A stretch of DNA of 64,000 nt from Callorhinchus milii (taxonomy: Eukaryota): positions 41,604,001 through 41,668,000 of the forward strand of contig NW_024704743.1 of NCBI RefSeq assembly GCF_018977255.1. Direction: 5' to 3'. A model generated the notes under the pieces. The model was given only the letters and a program-made list of their open reading frames with translations. It was not told the origin of the DNA and searched no databases. Shown in pieces: positions 53,391-64,000 of this stretch (positions are counted from its first letter, which is position 1; every line of letters begins with the position of its first letter). Made by a program: the position numbers and the translations under genes.

Positions 53391-54888
53391 TGCAATTTAG
53401 GGATAGAGCTGTATTGTTAAAGATGCTGTCCTTTGGATATGATGTCTTAAGCATTTCACGGGATTAATTGTGAAGTGTAGTGACTGTTTATTTGTAAGTG
53501 ATCACAGCAGCCAATTGGGCACTGCAATTTCCGACAAACAGTCATAAAGTGGATAATCCATTTTATTTGGGGGATTGTTGGCCAGCATACCAGAGGTAGC
53601 TCTCTTATCTTTTTGAATAGTGATCTCGGTTTAATGTCCTATCTGAAGGAAGGCACCTCTGACAATTCAGCACAGCCCAGCACTGCACTAGATATGGAAT
53701 AAAAACACTGGCACGGACCAGTTGGCCTGTTTCCATGCTGTTCCATGCTATGCAGTCAATGGATGTACATACAAAATGTTATCCCCTTAAGATTTCACCC
53801 ATAAATATACAGTCAATTCACTTAACAGCATATTCTGTGAAGCGCTTTGGGACATCTAGAAGACGTGAATAGCACTATATCAAATGCAAGGATTGTTATT
53901 ATCATCATATATCCGTGCAATGTCTACATGTGTGGATTCCACATTTTCAGGTTCATGTTTTCAGTATCTTTTATTTTCTCAATGCTGATGTAGCTGCAGC
54001 AGCACTGTGTAAACATGCTGCTATTCAGTGCCAATCTTCTCTTCAAGATAAAACACCTCACTATTGTTCCTTGGTGTCTAACTAACAGCCTAACGTAAAG
54101 AAATAATACTCAATCAAAGTAAACAAATTCAAGTGGCAGGTTGCTCTGAGACTGAACTATATGAATGTCTGGCTGGAAGCCAAAATCGGCAATCAGTTGT
54201 CAGGCTACCTATGAATCAAGCATCTGCACACCTCCACAGCTGCACAGCTCAAGGATCAGTCTGCTTCAGACTGTTAATGTTTAAGGAATGAAACCCATAA
54301 GCAAGTCTAGTTATGCTTTAGTGAAAGGGAAGGATGATAGATTCAAAAGTCAGTGTTTAGTAGACATGCCTTTTGAAAAGGGAAGCCATTATCAAATCAA
54401 TTCTGTCAATTGAAAATTACAGGATTCATCTTCCATAATTGTATAATTTTACTTGAAGTATTTGGATGTAATCTCACGTGAAATTATGGGATCAATTTTA
54501 CAATAGTGTATTGTGTTAATGGACAGCTCTGTCCTAATTCCTACTGAAGATTAGTTTAGTAAACTTCTGATATTTAACACACTACCTGCTCCCTTGGTAA
54601 AAACAGTATGTTAAATATGAGACGCAGACCCATTTCAGCATCCTCATATCTCAAAAATCACATCCAAGAAATTGGCTACACCACCCAAGAGATATTTTGT
54701 TAATGGAACATGCCATTGGATTGCTGGGACATGGGATACCAATATCACTCTATTTTTTCATTGGTTAAGAAGGTAGCCCACTAACTAACAGACCAGGGCA
54801 AGATCTCAGAATATTTGTGTTAAGGGACCTTGCAGTAGCCATGTCTCAGCAGGTCACTGCTAAGCATTGGAATGTGAAGTAAGGTGAT

Positions 54889-54924
54889 TGAGCGAGCGAG
54901 CGAGTCAATGAGTGAGTGAGTGAG
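54889..54924. repeat. (GAGC)n/(GAGT)n tetranucleotide repeat
   Basis: gagcgagcgagcgagtcaatgagtgagtgagtgag. Confidence 0.8.
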
Positions 54925-55849
54925 CATTATAAGAGCGATTTGTCCATTCAGTCCATGGAACATAAGTCAAACTATGGATGAGTATTGGATTTAGCTCTTG
55001 AAATGTCCATTTTTCATAGAGGGAAATTAACATCTGAAATGGGATATCAAGAAGGTAGACCAGGCTGCTGGACTCATTTAAGAAACTGCTTGATGCCGCA
55101 GTGAAAAGACAGTAGGATAAATACTTTTGAAGGATGAAATGAAATGTGCTAAAGACCCATTTCATCTTTTGCAACCTTGTAATATATTCTAACTTTTATT
55201 GAAATTTAAACCTTAAGTGCCGGAAGAAAATTATATTCCCATAGCTAATAGTATCTCATTAACCTTTATTAAAGTTAAGTACCAAACCAATACCAAATCA
55301 AGCCATAATTAAGCTGTTGTAATGCAATGTCATTTTGCACAATGCAACTTTTCAGAAACCTCTGCCTTCACTTTCTCATCATCATCTCAGTTGTAACTGA
55401 AGGTGAAGACGGTGATGGCTGAAATATTTAATAGCATCAAGCCTCACAAGCTGAGAACCTTCTGCTTCCTTAGTGCTGCTAAGGTTGTCAATTTTTCACT
55501 AATTGTTCAGTAGAGCTCTGGGACGCTACCAAGCATTCCGGGATATTACTTCATGTGAAGTGCGCCATATGAATCAAGTTGTTGTTTGGAGTGAATTTTG
55601 CAGAAGAGGTTTCAAGAAGGAAAACAAATTCCAAACATGTTTTTCTCGCTTAGATTTTAAAATTTATAATCCTTAACCTTGATATAGCACCGTGTTGATA
55701 CAGCTCAAAATACTTAACAGAATTTACTGCAATTTGTATTGACTGTGTATTTGTAGGCGAAAGCACAACCAATTTGCACACAACAATGTCCCACAAACAG
55801 CTATGAAGTGAATGGTCAATTTTATCCAGGACATTGTTAGCCTGGCAAC

Positions 55850-57236
55850 TGCAACCTTCATTTCATCCCCTCCTGCTTTACCTCTGCTGGCTTCATTTCT
55901 CTCCCTCCTCTCCTTCCTCAACCTCTCCCTCCGCATCCACTCCGCCTTCCATGTCACCTCCTCGACCTGGTGATCACACGGAGCCTCATGGTCTCCGATC
56001 TCACCATCGCTGACAAAGCCACCTCAGACCATTACTTCATGTCCCTTAACTCCTCAATCCCTCTCCCCACCACCACCCAACACCACCATCTCCTACTGTC
56101 CCTCTTCGCTGCCTTGGAGTCATCTGAACTATTCCCTCTTTGGACTTACACCTGCAATGACATATCCTCCTCGGTCACTCTCCTCCACAACTTCCTCTCC
56201 ATCATTCTTGATGCCCTTGCTCCCCTCACTTCCAAAATTGCTTCCTAGTCACGAAAGTCACCATGGTACACCAGCCACCCCCACTCCCTCAAGTCACAGG
56301 TGCGTGCTGCTGAATTCACCAGGCACAAATCTAATTTAATGGTCCATTGGCAGATCTGGCTGGATCGTTCTTCTATTCCAAGACAATCTTGGAGCCTAGG
56401 GCAACCCCAGGATCCTCTTCCAAATCACCAACTGGCTCCTCCACACACCCTTGTATGCTTCCCCCATCCACTCCTTCAACATCAAATGCTGGACTTCCTT
56501 GAAACCAAAGTTGAGTGGATCTGCTCAGCTGCCTCTGCCCTTCCTTCAACTAGTACATCCCCATCTCCCCCTCACACCCTGGACCCTACCCATCCTTCCC
56601 TCCACACTTTCAAACCTGTCTCCCCTTCCTCTCTCACCTCCACTGTAACCCACATGAAACCGACCAGCTGCTCCCTCGACTCCACCCCTACCCCTCTCCT
56701 TACCTCCCAGCTCCACCTCCTTGCCCCTCTACTCACAGATATCATAACCTTTCCCCATCCACTGGCATTGTTCCATCCTTTTAAAAACAGCCTCATCACT
56801 CCTATCCTTAAAAAAACCTTCCCTGGACCCTCCCTGCTCTCAAAATCACCACCCCATCTACAACCTCCCTTTCCTTCCAAGATCCTGGAGCAAGTCATTG
56901 CTTCCCAACGTTGCTCCTTTCTCTCCCGCCACTCCCTTCATGAGCCACTCCAATGGGGTTTCTGTGGTGCCCACAGCACAGAAACAGCTTTGGTCAAAGT
57001 GACAAAAGACATTTTGTCCATCAGCAACCAGGGTTTCCTCTGCCTCCTCATCCTCCTTGACCTCTTTGCTGCCTTCAATACCGTTGACCACTCTATCGTA
57101 CTCCACCGCCTCTCTTCTCACCTCAACCTTCATGGTTTTGTCCTTGAATGGTTCAGATCCTACCTCTCACACTGTTTCCATTTCATCTCCATAAACAGTT
57201 CTCCTCCAGCCCCCGCACCATCTCGTGTGGCGTTCC
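55850..57236 (+). mobile_element. Internal L2 ORF2 fragment (end of endonuclease to early RT), no 3' tail, inside an older minus-strand SINE
   Basis: LDLVITR..SDHY (APE end), KPTSCSLDSTPT, LITPILKK, GFCGAHSTETALVKV, LILLDLFAAFNTVDHSI. Host SINE at 55667-55845 and 57237-57455. Confidence 0.92.
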
Positions 57237-58455
57237 TTCTCTTTTTGAATAGTGTCATGGGGTCTTTAACATCCACCTGAACATGTGACCTTAGCTAAAC
57301 CTTTCATCCGGACAACGACATCTCTGAAAGTGCAGCACAACCCAGCACTGCACTTGAGTGTGAGCCTAGATCATGATTTCAAAGTTCCAATCTGGGACTT
57401 CTTCGTACAACCTTTTGACTCAGAAGCGAGAATGCTACCAACTTAGCTGAGCTCCCACACAAACTTCCCTAGTATATTGCTCTGCCCACTTCATGTAGAG
57501 TATCAGTTGATGTCGATTTAATTCGATCTTGTGTTCAGAAAAGTTCTAATTTCATGAAATAGCTCCTATGTGTATAGATAATAAGATTAGTAATGGAATT
57601 ATACTTTTAAATAGCCTATTTTATCAAAAATGTTAATTGGAGCAAAATAACCTCTTAAATTTCTGTAAGTACAGAACCATTTTGAATGTAGCTCTGTACT
57701 ATAAATAGGATTTATGATGCATTGAAATTGGTTCTAAAATTGCAGCGGTGCATGCTGAAATTTCTGGTTGGGTGATTTTGTGAATCAAATGCAAAACTGT
57801 TTTGTGTGATCATGATGCTGATTCAGGTACCCCAGTACTTTAGTGATTCTCTAGAATGCTGATTCTCACAGAATATGTGTGCAGACTAGCAATTTAATTC
57901 TGCATGGTGTACTGTGGAAGAAGCATTATTTAATAATCCTTGCATTTATTATAGAACCAAATCATGTCGCACCACGTCTCAAAGTCATTAATTGACTGTG
58001 GGTAATGTAAACAGTAATGACTGTGTGTTGGTCAGTGAGCGTTACAGCCAATCGCACACAACAGTGTCCCAGAGACAACCATGAAGTGACTGATCGATTT
58101 TATTTGGGGATTGTTGGACAGATACTATGGCACTATTGAAAAAGAAAAGGGAAAATCTCCCAATTATTTTCAAATAGTGCCAAAGGATATTTAATATCTA
58201 CCTCAACAGGCAGTGTGCTACCAACTGATTTAGGATGACACATAAGAGTTTACTGAACTATATTCCAGAACACAAAATAATTCAAACCAACATTGTGATC
58301 TCCTTTGTTATGTAATCAGACGTACCCATCAGGCATATTTTTGCCAGAGTGCTATTGTTCATCATATTGGTAGTTTATCTTTAAAACATTCTGAAAAGCA
58401 TCTAAATGTAGAATAATTACCTCAGAGTAGAAAGTTCACATGAATCTAGATTTAT

Positions 58456-59788
58456 AATAATATTAATAATCCTTGTATTTGATATAGCAACTTATCACGT
58501 CTTCGAGACATCTCAAAATACTTCACAGAATATACTGAAAATTTAATTGACTATATATTTTCAGCAGTCAATTGTGCACAGCAGTGTCCCACAAACAGTC
58601 ATGGATTGAGTGACCAAATTAATTAGGGATTATTATCCCTGGAAATTGATCCGTCAGTCAACTGGATTCCTACCCAACTCTACCTTTCCTCCTCTACCTT
58701 CAACTCCACGACCACCGATGTCCTGACAGTCTGCCTGTCCGACATCGAGTCCTGGACGAGAGACAACTTTCTTCAGCTCAACGTACGCAAAACTGAGGCC
58801 CTCCTGATTGGCTCACGTCAGCGCCTCCGCACCTCAGGCGCTGACAACATCAGCATCCAAGGCTGCACTCTCCACCTCTCAAAGCCGGTCAGGAACCTCG
58901 GCGTTCTGTTCGACCCTGAGCTGTCCTTTCGTCCCCACATCCGCGCCACAACTGGCACCGCCTTCCATCACCTCCGAAACATCCCCAGACTACGGCACTA
59001 CCTCACCCCTCACGCTGCTGAAACTCTGGTCCACGCCATTATCACCTCAAGGCTGGACTATGGGAACTCTCTCCTCGCCGGCCTTCCCGGCACCTCCCTC
59101 CACAAGCTGCAGGTCATTCAGAACTCTGCAGCTCGTGTACTGTCCCGCACCAGACTTCGGGAACACATCACTCCCACCCTCGCTCGCCTCCACTGGCTCC
59201 CCATCCCCCAGAGGATCGAATTCAAGATCCTCATCCTCATCTACAAGGCCATTCACGGCCTTGCTCCCTCCTACCTCTCCAACCTACTATCCCCCTACCT
59301 ACCTGCCCGTACCCTCCGTCCCTCTGACTCCGGTCTGCTCCACATCCCCCGCCCCAACCGCCCTACCATCAGTGGCCGGGCTTTCAGCCTCTCAGCCCCT
59401 AGGCTCTGGAACTCCATTCCCCAGTGCCTTCGCCGCTTCCTCCCTTTCCTCCTTCAAGGCCGGTCTCAAGACCTTTCTCTTCGACCGTGCCTTCAGCTCC
59501 CCTCTCAACTCTCTACCTCCTCCTCGCTCCCTCCCTTCCTTTCCCTCCCCTCACCCTGACCATTTCCCCCCTGCTTGGGTCCTGACCCAACTGTCCAGCG
59601 CCTTGGGACATCCTCCCGACGTGAAAGGCGCTCTATAAATGGAATCTTGTTGTTGTTGTGTTGTTGTTCTGCTAGTTAAATAAAGGCATGTAAGGAAACT
59701 TGCCCAACGTTTTGCCCTGCCTGGGAATCAAACCCAAGTCCTTTCATTTGTGAGGCAAGTGCACTAAACACTAAGCTACAGGACTCCA
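58456..59788 (-). mobile_element. Full-length SINE variant split by an L2 insertion
   Basis: Tail and core at 58456-58671, head gtaaggaaacttgccc...gctacaggactcca at 59690-59788. Confidence 0.85.
58672..59668 (+). mobile_element. Young 5'-truncated L2 with an almost intact ORF2 C-terminal frame
   Basis: About 250 stop-free codons from 58672 (TQLYLS...NFLQLNVRKTEALLIG...ITSRLDYGNSLLAGLP...LHWLPIPQRIEFKIL...APRLWNSIP), one late frameshift, CpG-rich, (ttg)n tail. Confidence 0.96.
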
Positions 59789-59876
59789 TAAATTTACTTT
59801 ATGTCTTAGCATTTCATTTTAAATTCTTAAATAGAGTCTTAGTTTTGTAGTTGCTTTTCTGCAAGGTTTTTTTCAG

Positions 59877-59923
59877 ACCCACAGAAAAACGGCTTCAAAG
59901 TCAGGAATGAATTCAACAATTTG
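59877..59923 (+). CDS. Candidate 47-nt exon (PQKNGFKVRNEFNNL or THRKTASKSGMNSTI)
   Basis: Acceptor ggtttttttcag, strong donor TTG|gtaagt. Confidence 0.25.
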
Positions 59924-61086
59924 GTAAGTTCTAGACACTCTGAAACGCCAGGATCGTACAGGTTCAACTGCAAAGAATTAACATAGAGGCCTGTTCATTG
60001 TGAACAGTTTAATCATATTCTTCAAAAAAATTTGTCACTTTAAAAACAGAAACACTGCATCCACACTGATAAGATTTATATTCCTTCAAATTGATGATTT
60101 ATTCATACCTCCCTGGTCAAAAAATAAGTTAATCCACAAGCATAATCCCCGAAACCAAGCGTAAATCCTAGGTAAAGAGCGATTCCCACACATTGTGGCC
60201 CCTCCTAGGTGTCCCTTCTTTGTAACCCTGTCAACATTATTTCTTCATGGCAGAAGACAAAAGTAAACCTTCCTCTGATCTAAAAATGGCTTAGGCAATC
60301 CACTTAAAGTAATGAGGATTATGAAGCCAAGAGGGAAATGCATGCTAGCAACTGTAGCTCCCCGAAAAACGTCAATATTTGCGGAATGAAAATAAGAAAA
60401 ATACTGCATTAGTGATCACACCAATGATTTTATTCCACTCTTAATGATATTTTCGCTGAGAAATCAATGAAGGCTAGTGTATTTTTGGGTTCCCAGCTAT
60501 TCTATTGATCAATCTTTTAAAAGCGAATCTGTAGATTAATAAAAGAAAAAAATCGGTTTAAACTCTATTGAGGTCTCTTTAAACTGTTATGCTCCCACTG
60601 TTGAAACATTATCTGAATTCCCAGCCCCATAGTTTGACTTAGCGTAATCATTGCTGATTTCCTGCTGGGTAACAGGATAAGATGTGCACACAGACTGTAC
60701 AGTCACCTCTCATCCCAAACCAAATCCATTGTAAATGGTTTTAAATTCAGAAATAAAAGCTGTGCAGGTTTAACTTTCTCAAATAAAGGCTTGGGATACC
60801 AAGTATCAAGTACCCTGCAAGCTCACTGTTCAGGAAGAGCTTTCAGAGAATACATGTGGTTCAGCTTCAAAGGACTTATAATTCAACCATACAAAGTCAC
60901 AGACTTCCCTCTGGAATGGCAGAGTATATTGGGTTACAATTCAAAAGATCCTTCAGAACTTACCTTTTTTTAAAGTTTGTGTGCAATTCATATGGAGCTG
61001 TTCCTTGCTTTCTATGAACTCTCACTTGCCTTTTTACTTAGCGTATTCACCATGGTTTAATAATAAATCTTTTATATGCAGCTTAC

Positions 61087-61266
61087 TTCCAGTACTCCTC
61101 AAAACACCGATGAAAATGTCCTTGAGGTTCTGGATGTGAACACTGTGCGGAGTTGGCATCTGACCTAACAGCCCGTAGCAGAGATCCATTTGCATGAAGG
61201 ATGGAAGAGCTGGTGGCAGGTTCTTAGCAGATTGAAACCCTGAATAATCCATTCCACACTGTTCAC
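61087..61266 (-). CDS. Candidate 180-nt symmetric exon (phase 1 to 1), EQCGMDYSGFQSAKNLPPALPSFMQMDLCYGLLGQMPTPHSVHIQNLKDIFIGVLRSTG
   Basis: Minus acceptor acctgcctccttag, donor GAA|gtaagc, 59 open codons, higher GC than flanks. Product unrecognised. Confidence 0.27.
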
Positions 61267-61397
61267 CTAAGGAGGCAGGTACTGATTAATTCCTGGAACA
61301 TAAGAGCTGTTCGGAAAAGGTGATTAGGGTCTTACAGATCAATTCCAGGAACCGTTTATTGAACTTTGAAGGAGCTGTCCTTCAAAGGCTGGTCAGT

Positions 61398-62210
61398 AGA
61401 ATCATAGAATATTACTACAAAGAAGGAGGCCATTCGGCCAATCGTGCCTGTACTGGGTCGTTGGAAGAGCTACCTAATCAGTCCCACTCCCTCCTCTTTC
61501 CCCATTAGTTGCAATATTTTCTTTTTCAAAAACCTTTCCAATTCCCTTTTGAAAGTTGTTATTGAATCTGTTTCTACCACCTGCTCAGGCAATGTATTCC
61601 AGATCATAACAACTCTCTGGGTAAAAATGTTTTCCTCATCTCTCCTCTGGTTCTTTTGCTAATTATCTTGAATTTATGTCCCCATGTTGACTGTCATTAA
61701 TTGATGTTTTTCTCAGTAAAATTTAATTTTGTCCCGGTCTGTAGAAGTTTCCCCATCATCAATGTGAAGCTGACTGGCCTGTAGTTATCAGGTTTATCCC
61801 TCTCCCCTTTTTTGAACAGGGGTATAAAATTTGCAACCCTCCAGTCCTCAGGCACTACTCCCATATCCAAGGAGGATTAAAAGATTGTGGCCTGAGCCTC
61901 TGTTATTCCCACTGTAACGTCCCTCTGCAACCAAGGATGCATCCCATCCGAACCTGGAGACTTTTCTACTTTGAGCGCTACTAACCTTTTAAGTACCTCC
62001 TCTCTATCTATTTATTTCTCATCCAATTTCTCTACTCTCTCCTCCTTTACTGTGACATTTGCAGCATCCTCTTACAGAAGCAAAGTACTGTTTCAGTACC
62101 TCAGCCATTGCCTCTGCCTCCTCAAGAAATTTTCTTTTTCAGTCATAATGGGCCCCACCCTTCCTTTGACCATCTTTTTACACTTTATATGTTTACTAGA
62201 TGTACCCTTT
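61398..62210 (-). mobile_element. CR1 LINE with large internal deletion (3' end joined to mid-ORF2)
   Basis: 61398-61690 is the CR1 3' end; the reverse of ~61765-61822 encodes PLFKKGERDKPDNYRPVSFT. Confidence 0.88.
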
Positions 62211-62398
62211 GCAGCTTCGCTTACAACCAAAGGATTCAATATTTCATCTTTAGCTATACACATCTGGGACGACTCCTATGGTAGGACTCGATGCTTTAAC
62301 AATGCAATTTTGTTGTTGTTGCTGCAGTTTAGCTTTGTCAATGTTCTTTACTTTGGTGGAATGTGCAACATCCAAGGATGCACACTCCATCTTACTAA

Positions 62399-62939
62399 TG
62401 TTAGAATTTACACTTTTTGTATAATGTTAGAATCATAATAGATGTTGCGAATGGGTTAACTTTTAAGTTAAGTGTGTTGTGGGCAGCTGGACTGAAACTC
62501 CCTGCACGTACACGAGATAACGGACTGTCTCAAGGACAGTGGGTTTGTGTGTGTGAGGCATGTACACCCCATGAGGCGTTCACGTGAACCCAGCATGATT
62601 TCGACAGATGATCTAATGTCCGCACCATGATTGGATGAACATTGGTATAAGAGTTCCGATAACGTTGTGTACGGGGCCGTCCCGGGTCGCGGAGACAAGG
62701 ATACGGGAGATGGGGCCATCCCGGGCTGCGGAGACAAGGGTACGGAGATGGAAGACTGAGAGCTAGAAACACTAAGACTGTGGATATCAGATGGAAGATT
62801 TAAAGCTGTAAGCAAGAAGACTGAAAGCATGAAGAATCAAGCTTGTGTGCTGGAAAGACACAGTGTTGAACTCTTGAACTCGAGATATCTATAGTGGTGT
62901 TTTTCTGTTTTAAGATCTGTTTTTATTTATTTTCTAACA
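62399..62939 (+). mobile_element. Solo-LTR-like element, short form (541 bp)
   Basis: TGTTAGAA...TTCTAACA termini, 4-bp TSD ctaa/ctat within the host L2, high identity to 25520-26452. Confidence 0.82.
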
Positions 62940-63636
62940 CTATGCCAGTCCAGAATCTTAGCATCTTGTTTCACCCGCAACTAACCTTTCTACCCCACAT
63001 CTGTGCCATGTCAAGCTCTGCCTTCCCCCACCTCCACAACATCACGTGACATTGCCACTGATTCACACTGCAGGCTGCCGAGATCCACATACAACCATTC
63101 ATAACAACCAGGCTCAACTTCGCAAACTCCCCGCTTGTCGGCCTCCCAAGCTCCTCCCTCCATACGCTGGCAGTTCATCTAGAACGCTGCAGTGCATGTC
63201 TTCTCCCGAACCAGGCTCCGTGACCTCATCACTCACGTCCTCGCCTGACTACTGGCTTCCCATCACGCAGAGTATACGGTTCAAGATCCTGGTCCTCACC
63301 TTCAAAGACCTCCATGGCCTTGCTCCCCCCTGTCTCTGAGACCTTCTAACCCCCTACCAAACTGTCCGTTCTCTCTGCTCAGCGGGCTCCGGCCCCCACC
63401 CACCATTGGCAGGCAGGCCTTCAGCCAGTCTGCCCCCACCCTCTGGAACTCCATCCTGCAGACCCTCTGCCTCAGCCCTTCCCTTGCCTCCTTCAAGACT
63501 CATCTTAAGACCTTCCTCTTCAACCGTGCCTTCAGTCACCCTCCTTACCACCCACACCCCGCTCTCTACCCTCCCCAATCCCAAACTCCAGCTTAGATCC
63601 GAAACACTGATTGTCCAGCAATATACAAATATAATG

Positions 63637-63945
63637 TGGAGTCCTGAAGCTCAGTGGTTAGAGCACTCGCTTTGCAAGTGAGAGACCTGAGTTGAATTCC
63701 AGGCAGAGGGCGAAACCTTGGGCAAGTTTCCTTACTCCACACAGAGCCTAATAATAATCCCTCCAAAAAAAAATAATAAATTGGTCATTTTCAATCCATG
63801 ACTGTTTGTGGGACATTGTTGTGTGCAATTGGATGCTGCGTTCGCCCACAAATATGCAGTCAATTCACTTTACAGTATATTCTGTGAAGCGCTTTGGGAC
63901 GTCTAGAAGACGCTCTATGAAATGCAAGGATTAGTATTATTATTA
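63637..63945 (+). mobile_element. Full-length young Deu SINE inserted in an L2 tail
   Basis: Complete head, core and gggacgtctagaagacg tail; tataat on both sides as likely TSD. Confidence 0.92.
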
Positions 63946-64000
63946 TTATAATCTTGTTGTCGTTGTTATTTTATTCCCGCTGCTTGGCTATGTAAGTGCC

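Larger units (their letters stand above)
62366..63966 (+). mobile_element. Decayed L2 3' region interrupted by an LTR-like element and a SINE
   Basis: caacatccaaggatgcacactccatcttactaa continues as gccagtccagaatcttagc after 62943; DYWLPITQSIRFKILVLTFK; tail cttgttgtcgttgtt resumes after the SINE. Confidence 0.88.

Noticed and set aside
56300..57280. 326-aa ORF, the longest in the track
   Set aside because: Frameshifted mosaic of L2 ORF2 that is open because the strand is C-rich; not a host gene or intact RT.
58808..59638. 276-aa Ser/Pro-rich ORF
   Set aside because: Shadow frame of L2 ORF2.
1..64000. CRISPR-like, retron-like or defence system suggested by RT fragments plus repeated hairpins
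   Set aside because: Repeats are dispersed in both orientations without regular spacers; the RTs are decayed eukaryotic LINEs.

Overview
Eukaryotic, AT-rich, repeat-dense vertebrate DNA with no intact protein-coding ORF and no prokaryote-type operon, CRISPR array or defence system. The repeat complement is a young tRNA-headed Deu-domain SINE with an L2-type 3' tail, older Deu/SacSINE1-like SINEs, C-rich L2 LINEs with (TTG)n tails, CR1 LINEs with (TTCTATGA)n tails and LF-SINE-like relics. This points to a cartilaginous fish, plausibly a chimaera such as Callorhinchus (inference from recalled repeat families, not a search). Every long ORF in the track is a decayed L2/CR1 ORF2 fragment or a shadow frame of one. 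Other features are two related solo-LTR-like elements, two copies of an unclassified ~0.8-1.1 kb repeat, a decayed tRNA-Glu(CTC) and many nested insertions. Several exon-like segments on both strands can be phased into a possible multi-exon gene, but I do not recognise the peptides and splice-like signals arise readily by chance here, so these are low-confidence. The most interesting structure is the SINE/L2 shared 3' stem-loop with two loop variants and the mosaic SINE subfamilies. I see no clear novel biological system. Boundaries of old repeats are approximate.
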